Shown here: positions 9,155-17,198 of the stretch, piece after piece
How the letters are laid out: every line of letters begins with the position of its first letter
Numbering within the stretch: position 1 is the stretch's first letter
Assembly (NCBI GenBank): GCA_049515535.1
Contig: JBEKTZ010000017.1
Span: 1 to 34,885 of the forward strand
DNA length: 34,885 nucleotides
Source of the DNA: Candidatus Aminicenantales bacterium
GTDB taxonomy: Bacteria > Acidobacteriota > Aminicenantia > Aminicenantales > UBA4085
Direction: 5' to 3'
Translations under genes and position numbers: made by a program
Notes under the pieces: model-generated
The model's database searches: none
Told to the model about the DNA's origin: nothing
Seen by the model: only the letters and a program-made list of their open reading frames with translations

Positions 9155-11087
9155 GCCGACATTTTATATCACGACGCCGATCTATTACGTCAACGACGTG
9201 CTCCACATCGGACACGCCTACACGACGATCATCGCTGACGCCCTCGCCCGCTTCAAAAAGATGGCCGGCTACGACGTGTTCTTCCTGACGGGGACGGACG
9301 AGCACGGCCAGAAAATCGAGAAAGCGGCCGCGGAAAAGGGGCTGAACCCCCGTGAACTGGCCGACATGGTCGTCGGACGGGCGAAAGACCTGTGGAAAGC
9401 CCTGAATATCTCGTATGACTTTTTCATTCGCACGACCGAACCGTTCCACGAGTCGGGCGTGCAGAAGATCTTCAAGAAGCTCATGGATAAGGGCGATATC
9501 TACAAGGGAACCTACCAGGGCTGGTATTGCGTATCCAACGAGCACTTTCTCGCCGATGATGTTCCCCTGGAAAAAGAGGGATACAAAATCTGCCCCGACT
9601 GCAAGGTCAAGGCGACCGTCGTCGAAGAATCGAGCTATTTCTTCAGGCTTTCGGCCTACGAGAAACCGCTGCTCGACTTCTACAAGAAGAACCCGAATTT
9701 CGTCCGCCCGGCGAGCCGGATGAACGAGATCGCGAGCTTCGTCCGTGGCGGACTCAAGGACCTGAGCATCACCAGGACGACGGTCAAGTGGGGCGTCCCC
9801 GTCCCCGGCGATCCCGGCCACACGATCTATGTCTGGTTCGACGCGCTCCATAATTACGTGACGGGCATCGGCTACGACTGGGACCTCGAACGTTTCGAAA
9901 AATTCTGGCCCGCGACAATCCATCTCATCGGGAAAGACATCCTGAGGTTCCACGCGGTCTTCTGGCCGGCGTTCCTCATGGCCGCCGGGTTCGCTCTCCC
10001 CGAATGCGTCTTCGGGCACGGCTGGTGGCTCAAGGACGACGCCAAAATGTCCAAATCCAAGGGCAACGTGCTCGACCCTTACGCCATCATCAAGCCGTTC
10101 GGACCCGACCCCCTTCGCTATTTTCTGCTCAGGGAAATCCCGATCGGCCTCGACGGCAATTTCTCGCACGAAGCATTCATCCACCGGGTGAATTCGGACC
10201 TGTCCAACGACCTGGGCAATCTCGTCCAACGGACACTGACGATGATCGAGAACTATTTCCACGGGACGCTCGCGGAAACGGCCGAAGAACGGCTGGATGA
10301 CGGGAAAATCCGCGAGGAGTTCGACAAGCTCCGGGCGGTCGTCTTCGATCATTATTCCGGCTATGCCGTCAATCGGGCCCTCGAGGAGATCTGGGTTTTC
10401 ATCAATATCGTGAATAAATATCTGGCGGACAATGAGCCCTGGAAGCTGGCCAAGGACCCGGCCCAGCGGCCGAGGTTGGCGCGCGTTCTCTATCAGGCCG
10501 CGGCCGCGATCCGCGGCGCCAGCTATCTCGTCTATCCGGTCATGCCCGGATCGTCGGAGAAGATATGGGATTTCCTGGGAGAAAAGGAGTCGATCCAGGA
10601 TCTCCGATTCGCCGACTTTGCCTTTGACGGGATCGAAGCCGGACGACGCATGAAAGCGCCCGTCGCCCTCTTTCCCAGGGTCGATTTGAAGGAATTCCTG
10701 GTCGAGGAAGCCAATCCGGCCGCCACGGCCAAACCCGAAGGGACAAAAAGGGAGGAAAAAATGGACATCATCACCTACGATGAATTCAAGAAAATGGACT
10801 TGCGCGTGGCCCACATCCTGAAAGCCGAAAAGGTCGAGGGCGCCCAAAAGCTGCTCAAGCTTCAGATCGATTTGGGCGCGGAACAGCGGCAGATCGTGGC
10901 CGGCATCGCCGAGACCTATAAACCCGAAGATCTCGTCGGCCGAAGACTCATTGTCATCGCCAATCTCAAACCGGCCGTCATCCGGGGCGTCGAATCCCAG
11001 GGCATGCTCCTGGCCGCGGTGCTCGACGACAAAGCCATCATCCCCTTTTTCCAAGGCGACGTCCCCGCGGGCACCAAGGTCAAATAA
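9138..11087 (+). CDS. metG: Methionine--tRNA ligase with C-terminal tRNA-binding (Trbp111-like) domain
   Basis: [39 protein letters not shown]-terminal OB-fold ([12 protein letters not shown]). GTG start with GAGGAGG upstream. Confidence 0.96.
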   Translation: MAKKSKPTFYITTPIYYVNDVLHIGHAYTTIIADALARFKKMAGYDVFFLTGTDEHGQKIEKAAAEKGLNPRELADMVVGRAKDLWKALNISYDFFIRTTEPFHESGVQKIFKKLMDKGDIYKGTYQGWYCVSNEHFLADDVPLEKEGYKICPDCKVKATVVEESSYFFRLSAYEKPLLDFYKKNPNFVRPASRMNEIASFVRGGLKDLSITRTTVKWGVPVPGDPGHTIYVWFDALHNYVTGIGYDWDLERFEKFWPATIHLIGKDILRFHAVFWPAFLMAAGFALPECVFGHGWWLKDDAKMSKSKGNVLDPYAIIKPFGPDPLRYFLLREIPIGLDGNFSHEAFIHRVNSDLSNDLGNLVQRTLTMIENYFHGTLAETAEERLDDGKIREEFDKLRAVVFDHYSGYAVNRALEEIWVFINIVNKYLADNEPWKLAKDPAQRPRLARVLYQAAAAIRGASYLVYPVMPGSSEKIWDFLGEKESIQDLRFADFAFDGIEAGRRMKAPVALFPRVDLKEFLVEEANPAATAKPEGTKREEKMDIITYDEFKKMDLRVAHILKAEKVEGAQKLLKLQIDLGAEQRQIVAGIAETYKPEDLVGRRLIVIANLKPAVIRGVESQGMLLAAVLDDKAIIPFFQGDVPAGTKVK

Positions 11088-11112
11088 CGAAAGGGATGGG
11101 GACCCGGTTCTG

Positions 11113-11141
11113 AGGAACGAAGCGCGCGCTTTCTTCTTTTT
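11113..11141 (+). terminator. Probable intrinsic terminator after metG
   Basis: GAGGAACGAAGC-GCGC-GCTTTCTTCTTTTT: GC hairpin followed by a T-rich tail, between convergent metG and tsaC. Confidence 0.55.
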
Positions 11142-11178
11142 CGGACCATCCAAATAGAGGACGGAGGATAGCGTTTCC

Positions 11179-11814
11179 CTAAGATAGATATTTCCGCAAG
11201 GCCGATGCCGGGACGGCGCCGGCGCGCAGGATGAGCGGCCGCGCGCCCGTCAGATCAACGATCGTCGAAGGCCGGCCGCCGGGCGTCCGACCGCCGTCAA
11301 TGATGAGATCCACGGTACCTTGAAAAGCCGCGATCACGTCGTCCGATGTCGAGATCTCCCTTTGGCCTGAAATATTGGCGCTCGTGGCCGTGATCGGCGC
11401 GCCCAGATGCCGGACGAGAGCTCTCAGCCAGGAGACGGCGGGCACGCGCATGGCCAGAGACCGGTCCCGGCCGAGCATGTTCGACGGGAATAAGGGTTTG
11501 GCCTGGACGACCAGCGTCAGGGGTCCGGGCCAGAACTCGCCGGCGAGCGGCCGGAAAAGAGGCGGAAGCGATACCGCGATCTTTTCCGCCATCGCGAGAT
11601 CCGCGATGATCACGGACAGAGGTTTCCCCCGTTCACGTTCCTTCAGGCGATAGACTTTTTCGATCGCTTTCTCGGACAACGCCAGAACGCCCAAGCCATA
11701 AAACGTTTCCGTAGGATAAGCCATGACACCGTCGCCGTCGAGGATATCGGAAATCATGACCAACGGTTCCGGCCCGATGTTTTCTCCTTCCATTTTCAGG
11801 ATCTTGGTTTTCAT
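11179..11814 (-). CDS. tsaC: L-threonylcarbamoyladenylate synthase (TsaC/YrdC, single domain)
   Basis: YPTETFYGL, LKER...KPL, FWPGPLT, R.P, TSANISG, PSTIVD. Confidence 0.93.
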   Translation of the reverse strand: MKTKILKMEGENIGPEPLVMISDILDGDGVMAYPTETFYGLGVLALSEKAIEKVYRLKERERGKPLSVIIADLAMAEKIAVSLPPLFRPLAGEFWPGPLTLVVQAKPLFPSNMLGRDRSLAMRVPAVSWLRALVRHLGAPITATSANISGQREISTSDDVIAAFQGTVDLIIDGGRTPGGRPSTIVDLTGARPLILRAGAVPASALRKYLS

Positions 11815-11843
11815 TTCTGCCTTCCCTATCGTCCGGCAGGACC

Positions 11844-11872
11844 ATAGTAGAAAGAGCCCCGGAAAAAGTCAA
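11844..11872 (-). promoter_or_regulatory. sigma70-type promoter for tsaC
   Basis: Minus strand TTGACT-17 nt-TACTAT upstream of tsaC. Confidence 0.7.
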
Positions 11873-11998
11873 ACGCGTCACCTTTACAAGAGGAGGCAGG
11901 CGGTTTAAACTAACGGAGAAGCCTCGGGAAAGAGGACAATTGACCCATTTACGCCACATCCGGGGCTCTCTCCAGCCTGGATGACGGGCCTCGAAATT

Positions 11999-12014
11999 TG
12001 GCATGGTTTTTGCA
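11999..12014 (+). promoter_or_regulatory. sigma54 (RpoN) -24/-12 promoter
   Basis: TGGCATGGTTTTTGCA against consensus TGGCACG-N4-TTGCW, with exact GG-N10-GC spacing, just upstream of the RBS (AGGAGG) of the next gene. Confidence 0.8.
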
Positions 12015-12038
12015 TAAAAAATGGACAGGAGGCAGACA

Positions 12039-12815
12039 ATGAAAAAAAGAATCATAGCGGCGGTTATCGCCCTTCTGACGGTGTCGGCCCTTGGGTTTTC
12101 GAATACCATCACGTTCAGACTGAATTACTTCATTCCTCGCGCCCAATCCGGTATCAATTGGCCGGACAGTCTTTGGACGATCGAATTCGATCAAATGAGC
12201 TACAAAAAGTCGGATTTCCAGGATACATCCTTCGGTTTCGATTATGAGTATTTTATTTCGAACGAGTTCAGCCTCGTCTTCAGCGTGGACACATTCAGCA
12301 AAAGCAAGGCCGGCTATTACAAGGATTACGTCGGTTTTGACTACCTGGGAGAAACCTACGCGCTTTCCAATGCGTACGCAGACGTCGATACGTTCACCCT
12401 GTCCCACAGCTTGAGCGTGTCCATCACGCCGATTCAGGTGTCCGCCAAAATCACCCCCTTCGGCCGCAGAAGCAAGATCATCCCCTATTTCGGCGGGGGG
12501 GTAGGCCTCTATCTCTGGAGCGTCCGGATGCGCGGCGACGTGATCGATTTTAGCACGGATTACAGCGACGATCCGACCGTCCCGATTTATTACGTCAACT
12601 CAGCCGACGTGATGGAAGGCGAGACGTTCGGGAAAATCAGCTTCGGCTACCAGATCTTCGCCGGAGTCATGGTCCCGGTGGCGAACAGGCTGACCATCGA
12701 CCTCGGCGCCAAATTCAACGCGGCCAAGGGCAAGTTCACCAGCGCGTTCCAAGGCTTCGACATGTTCGATCTCAGCGGCTACTTTTTCTCGCTGGGCATC
12801 AACTACTGGTTTTGA
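12039..12815 (+). CDS. Outer-membrane beta-barrel protein (OmpW/OmpA-like, function unknown)
   Basis: Signal peptide MKKRIIAAVIALLTVSALG, alternating aromatic beta-strands, PYFGGGVG, C-terminal beta-signal LGINYWF. AGGAGG RBS before ATG 12039. Confidence 0.8.
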   Translation: MKKRIIAAVIALLTVSALGFSNTITFRLNYFIPRAQSGINWPDSLWTIEFDQMSYKKSDFQDTSFGFDYEYFISNEFSLVFSVDTFSKSKAGYYKDYVGFDYLGETYALSNAYADVDTFTLSHSLSVSITPIQVSAKITPFGRRSKIIPYFGGGVGLYLWSVRMRGDVIDFSTDYSDDPTVPIYYVNSADVMEGETFGKISFGYQIFAGVMVPVANRLTIDLGAKFNAAKGKFTSAFQGFDMFDLSGYFFSLGINYWF

Positions 12816-12869
12816 AAAAAAGGGGGCGCCGGCCGAATTCCGGAGAACTCGGAAAGCGCCCCTTTTTTT
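12815..12869. terminator. Bidirectional intrinsic terminator
   Basis: A7-GGGGGCGC...GCGCCCC-T7 with inner stem CCGAATTC/GAACTCGG. It fills the gap between two convergent stop codons. Confidence 0.85.
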
Positions 12870-13704
12870 ATTCCGGACGATTTCTGGCAATGATCGCCGC
12901 GTATTTTTCCGCTTCGAGCTGGTTTCCCCGTTTCAAGAATCCCTGGAGAAGAACGCGGCTCTTGTTGACAATCTCTTCCCGCACGAGTCTTTCCTGCCCC
13001 ATCGACAGCCCGAGCCGCAAGGCTTTTTCCAAAGCCTGGACCCTGAACCGGTCCATTCCCCAATATTGGTGGGAGAGCTGGTCGGCGTGTCCTCCCCGCT
13101 TTATGATCAGAGGCTCGGGCAAAAAATGGAACGGATATTTATGGGCCAGCCGGATTCCCAAATCATAATCCTCGCAGGCCGGGAGCGTCTCGTCGAAGCC
13201 CCCGATGTCCTCGAACACCTCCCTCCGGAAGAGAGCCGAGGAAAGGCTTAAAAGGCAGAGCGGCAGGACGTTATCGAAGATCCAGCCGGAATATTTTTTG
13301 TGCCTTTTCCCCGGGTTGTGGCGGAGGCCGCCCCGGATCCAGATCTCTTCCGTGCAGCAGATCATGGCTTCCGGATGGGCGGCCATGAAATCCATCTGCG
13401 TCCCGATTTTCCCTTTCATCCAGAGGTCGTCCGAATCCAAAAAGGCGATGAAGCTGCCGCGGGCCAGGCGCAATCCGAAGTTGCGGGCGGCGCTCACGCC
13501 TTTGTGGTCCTGCTCATGATAACGAACGCCCCCGCCGAACGACCGGACAAGTTCCCTTGTCTCGTCGATGGAGCCGTCATCGACGATCAACAATTCCCAG
13601 GAAGCGGAAGACGCCATCGCGAAATACTCCTGGTCAAGGACGGAGCGGACGGCTTCCGCGAGGAACGCCGCGCGGTTATAGGTGGGAATGATGACGCTGA
13701 TCAA
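12868..13704 (-). CDS. Glycosyltransferase family 2
   Basis: SVIIPTYNR, VDDGS.D, GVSAARN.G, FLDSDD (DxD), GGFDE...EDYDL. TTG start overlaps the upstream stop. Confidence 0.92.
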   Translation of the reverse strand: MISVIIPTYNRAAFLAEAVRSVLDQEYFAMASSASWELLIVDDGSIDETRELVRSFGGGVRYHEQDHKGVSAARNFGLRLARGSFIAFLDSDDLWMKGKIGTQMDFMAAHPEAMICCTEEIWIRGGLRHNPGKRHKKYSGWIFDNVLPLCLLSLSSALFRREVFEDIGGFDETLPACEDYDLGIRLAHKYPFHFLPEPLIIKRGGHADQLSHQYWGMDRFRVQALEKALRLGLSMGQERLVREEIVNKSRVLLQGFLKRGNQLEAEKYAAIIARNRPE

Positions 13705-14552
13705 GAGATCTTTTGCACGGCGACTTTGCCGCTTTTATCCAGGGGGATCTTAAAATTTCCCCAGGGCGTTTCAATCTCGGCCTCGCCGGAAAAACGGGCG
13801 GCCACGGGCGGCTGCTCCAGCCCGTCATAGACGACCTTGCCGATCTCGAAAAAATCCAGGAGGAGGGGGATTTCGAAAATCTTTTCGCCGCGGGCGGCCA
13901 CATCCGATCCTCGTCCGGCGCTCCCCTGGGAAACGGTCACGCCGACAAGATCTATCTTGTAGGTCAGTTTTTCGACCTTGAAAGAAAAGCCATTGGGGTT
14001 CATCAGCGCGGCCTTGAATACCAGGTCCGCTCCGCCGACGGTAAGGTCCTTAGTTTCGACCGGCAGGAGCCTGACGTCAAGTCCGCGATAGACGGGGAAA
14101 TCGCCGGAAAAAGCCATGGAAATCCTTTTTTCCCTCTTTTTCTCGTCCTGGATGATCATTCCGCCCGTAAGGAAGCAAACGGCCCGGTCTTTCGGCTGGA
14201 CATCCGGCATCGCTTGGAATAGAAAAGCGAACGTGATCTTGACCGGAAGGGCGATGAGAAGCCCGCTTGTGGGCTCGATCCGCAGGGGTTCGTCCAGAGG
14301 GACCTGAAGGCTCGGCAGGAATTCCGTTTCGTTGATCACGACCCGGTAATCATATTTAGCCAGAAACTGGGGGATGGACGTCTTATTGGCGATATCCAGA
14401 TAGAATACGAGTGAAAGCCCGTCCGGGGAGAGGTCCGTGATTTTCTTTTCCCGAACGGATATGTCGAATTCGGAATTCTGGGCCTGGGCCGCGACGGCCG
14501 CGACAACGGCGAAAAAGCTCGTCAGGAGGATCGCCGTAAAGATCTTTTTCAT
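13701..14552 (-). CDS. Exported protein with tandem LEA_2/WHy-like domains
   Basis: Signal peptide MKKIFTAILLTSFFAVVAAVAAQA (start 14552). Two beta-rich repeats, the second with the NPN.F.....L.Y.I WHy motif. Confidence 0.7.
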   Translation of the reverse strand: MKKIFTAILLTSFFAVVAAVAAQAQNSEFDISVREKKITDLSPDGLSLVFYLDIANKTSIPQFLAKYDYRVVINETEFLPSLQVPLDEPLRIEPTSGLLIALPVKITFAFLFQAMPDVQPKDRAVCFLTGGMIIQDEKKREKRISMAFSGDFPVYRGLDVRLLPVETKDLTVGGADLVFKAALMNPNGFSFKVEKLTYKIDLVGVTVSQGSAGRGSDVAARGEKIFEIPLLLDFFEIGKVVYDGLEQPPVAARFSGEAEIETPWGNFKIPLDKSGKVAVQKIS

Positions 14553-14680
14553 GGGTCCAATTTTATATTTATTTTGAATAGGATAGTTTATAACAACGTC
14601 CGGCAAAGGACAAGCCGCTCCTGCCTCACCCGGGACGGTTTTCATCAAGAGGGCCGGCCCTTGATCGTCCAAAATAAAAA

Positions 14681-14709
14681 TTGCGCTCGGCCCCGCCAGT
14701 TTCTATAAT
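14681..14709 (+). promoter_or_regulatory. sigma70-type promoter for cca-galE
   Basis: TTGCGC-17 nt-TATAAT, preceded by an A-tract (UP-like). Confidence 0.7.
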
Positions 14710-14719
14710 AAGCTCGATC

Positions 14720-16162
14720 ATGAAAAAGATCGAGGCCGGTTTCCGCGACAAGAAGCTCTTCGTCGGGCTGTTCGGCAAAGACGTCTACGCCGTCGGCGGC
14801 TACGTCCGCGACCGCCTGCGGGGGATTTCTTCCGATGATATCGATATCCTCGTCACCCGCCGGCCGCTCGAGGACATCGTCACGAAAATCGAGCCCTACG
14901 GCAAGGTCGACCTCGTCGGCAAGAGCTTCGGGATCATCAAATTCACGATCAAGGGAAAAACCTACGATCTCGCCCTGCCCCGGACCGATCGTCCGAAGGG
15001 CGACGCGTCGCGCGGCCACAAGAACATCCTGGCCTCGTCCGATCCCGATCTTCCCCTTGAAACCGACCTCGAACGCCGGGATTTCCGCTGCAACAGCATC
15101 GCCCTTCGTCTGGCGGACGGGAAGCTCATCGACCCGTTCGACGGGGCGAAGGACATCCGGGCCCAAATCATCCGGGTCACGAACCCGAAGTCCTTTCCCG
15201 AGGACCCGCTCCGGGTGCTTCGGGCAGCCCGCTTAGCCTCGATCCTGGGTTTTTCCATGGACCCCGCGATCTACGATCTGGCGAAATCCATCGATCTCTC
15301 CGGACTCAGCGTCGAACGGGTCAACGAAGAACTCTTCAAGATTCTGCTTTTCTCCGACCGTCCCTCCCTCGGCCTCGAAGAGCTTTTCAAGCTCGGCGCG
15401 CTGCGTCAGCTCTTTCCCGAGCTTTACGCTTTGACGCTCATTATCCAGGATTCGGTCTTTCATCCCGAGAAAGACGATTTCGGACATCACACGGTCTGGC
15501 ACCATACAAAACTGACCGTGGATCAGGCCCGCCGTCTCGCCGGTTCTTCCAAGTGGGAGGCCGCGAAAATCCTCGCTCTGCTCCTGGCTGCCCTTTTCCA
15601 CGATGTGGGCAAAGCGGAGACGACCCAGTGGGAGTTCAAACGTGGACGGATGGTGATCACCAGCGCCGGCCACGACGGCGCCAGCGAACGAATCGCCAGA
15701 AAGATCTTCAGCCGGCTCAGGATCTTCTCCTGGAACGGCTTTCCTCTCCGCAAGACCGCCCTCCTTCTGATCAAGACCCATCACCGGGCCTCGGAGCTCT
15801 GGCAGAACCGGAAGTCGGTCACGCGAAAGGCGTTCAACAGGCTGGCCTCGGACACGGCCGGCGAGATCGAGCTCGTCGCCTATCTCGACGTCGCGGACCG
15901 GAAGGGACGGAAGGACCGGCCCGTCCAGGGGCTGGACCGCGAAGGAAAATGGCTTCTCGGAAAATTCCGCGAGCTCCGCGTCGACAGAGAAACGATCAAG
16001 CCGCTCATCATGGGGCGCGACCTGATCAAATTGGGAGTCGCGCCCGGACCGGAGATGGGCAAAATGCTGGACGAGCTCTACAAGCGTCAAATGGACAATG
16101 AGTTCGAGACCAAGGCCCGCGGGCTTAAGCTCGCGGAAAAGTTGGTTGCGGGAGCGCCATGA
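14720..16162 (+). CDS. cca: CCA tRNA nucleotidyltransferase (class II NTase, poly(A) polymerase family) with HD domain
   Basis: VGGYVRD...DIDI, DLERRDF, EDPLRVLR, LFHDVGK, and C-terminal G.DLI.LG..PGP..G. CCA versus CC/A-adding or PAP activity cannot be fixed from sequence alone. Confidence 0.8.
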   Translation: MKKIEAGFRDKKLFVGLFGKDVYAVGGYVRDRLRGISSDDIDILVTRRPLEDIVTKIEPYGKVDLVGKSFGIIKFTIKGKTYDLALPRTDRPKGDASRGHKNILASSDPDLPLETDLERRDFRCNSIALRLADGKLIDPFDGAKDIRAQIIRVTNPKSFPEDPLRVLRAARLASILGFSMDPAIYDLAKSIDLSGLSVERVNEELFKILLFSDRPSLGLEELFKLGALRQLFPELYALTLIIQDSVFHPEKDDFGHHTVWHHTKLTVDQARRLAGSSKWEAAKILALLLAALFHDVGKAETTQWEFKRGRMVITSAGHDGASERIARKIFSRLRIFSWNGFPLRKTALLLIKTHHRASELWQNRKSVTRKAFNRLASDTAGEIELVAYLDVADRKGRKDRPVQGLDREGKWLLGKFRELRVDRETIKPLIMGRDLIKLGVAPGPEMGKMLDELYKRQMDNEFETKARGLKLAEKLVAGAP

Positions 16163-17136
16163 GCAAGGTCTTGGTGACCGGCGGAGCGGGATATATCGGC
16201 TCGCACACCGTCAAGGAGCTTCGAGGACGAGGTTTCGACGTCTTGGTTTTCGACAACCTCTCGTCCGGCCGGAGGGAATTTGTCCGGGATACGGAGCTCG
16301 TCGTCGGCGATATCGAGGATAAAAACGCCATCGGCCGCGTCTTCAAGTCCTACGATATCTCCGCTGTCCTTCACTTCGCCTCGCTCATTCAGGTCGGCGA
16401 ATCCTATCTCCATCCCCGCAAATATTACACGCAGAACCTATCCTCCAGCCTTAACCTGCTGGACGCGATGCTCGAAGCCGGGGTCAAGAACTTCATCTTT
16501 TCCTCGAGCGCGGCCGTCTACGGCGTCCCCAAGCGGCTCCCCATCCCCGAAGATCATCCGCTCGACCCCTTCAATCCCTACGGACAGACGAAGTACTTCG
16601 TGGAGAGAATCCTCCAGGACTACGACCGGGCCTACGGCCTGAAATTCATCTCCCTCCGTTATTTCAACGCCTCGGGCGCCGATCCCGACGGCAGGATGGG
16701 AGAATGTCATGATCCCGAGACCCATCTCATTCCGAACATTCTCCTCGCCGTTCTCGGAAAGAAGGAAAGCCTGGATATCTTCGGCACGGATTTTTCCACG
16801 CCCGACGGGACGGCCGTCCGCGACTATATCCACGTGACCGACCTGGCGGCGGCGCATGTCCTGGCCCTCCAGAGACTTCTGGCTTCCCCGCAAAGCGAAT
16901 TCATCAACCTGGGCGCGAACAAAGGGTATTCCGTCAGGGAGATCGTGGCTGAGACCGAGGCGGTCACGGGGCATAAAGTGCCGGTTCGTGAAAAGCCCCG
17001 CCGCGAGGGAGACGTTCCGGTCCTCCTCGCCTCCAAGGACAAGGCCGAACGCCTGCTCGGCTGGAAGCTCCATTATTCCGATATCGATACGATCATCAGG
17101 ACCGCCTGGCGCTGGCATCGGATATCCGCCCGATGA
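16159..17136 (+). CDS. galE: UDP-glucose 4-epimerase
   Basis: TGGAGYIGSH, FSSSAAVYG, PYGQTK (YxxxK), LRYFNA.GA, RDYIHV.DLA. Confidence 0.95.
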   Translation: MSKVLVTGGAGYIGSHTVKELRGRGFDVLVFDNLSSGRREFVRDTELVVGDIEDKNAIGRVFKSYDISAVLHFASLIQVGESYLHPRKYYTQNLSSSLNLLDAMLEAGVKNFIFSSSAAVYGVPKRLPIPEDHPLDPFNPYGQTKYFVERILQDYDRAYGLKFISLRYFNASGADPDGRMGECHDPETHLIPNILLAVLGKKESLDIFGTDFSTPDGTAVRDYIHVTDLAAAHVLALQRLLASPQSEFINLGANKGYSVREIVAETEAVTGHKVPVREKPRREGDVPVLLASKDKAERLLGWKLHYSDIDTIIRTAWRWHRISAR

Positions 17137-17156
17137 TTCGCCGGAGGACGTTGTGT

Positions 17157-17185
17157 TTGACTCGATCTCGACCGCATGGTAGAGT
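17157..17185 (+). promoter_or_regulatory. sigma70-type promoter for the lytic transglycosylase gene
   Basis: TTGACT-17 nt-TAGAGT with a TGn extension. Confidence 0.6.
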
Positions 17186-17198
17186 ATAGCGTCCGGCA

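Noticed and set aside
9522..9603. MetRS knuckle CVSN...CPDC with only three Cys, and LHIGH instead of PHIGH
   Set aside because: Knuckle ligands vary widely among MetRS enzymes; not distinctive enough.
9120..11153. 677-aa ORF antisense to metG (possible sense/antisense synthetase coding)
   Set aside because: Same shadow effect as for other genes in the window; no class II aaRS motifs or RBS.
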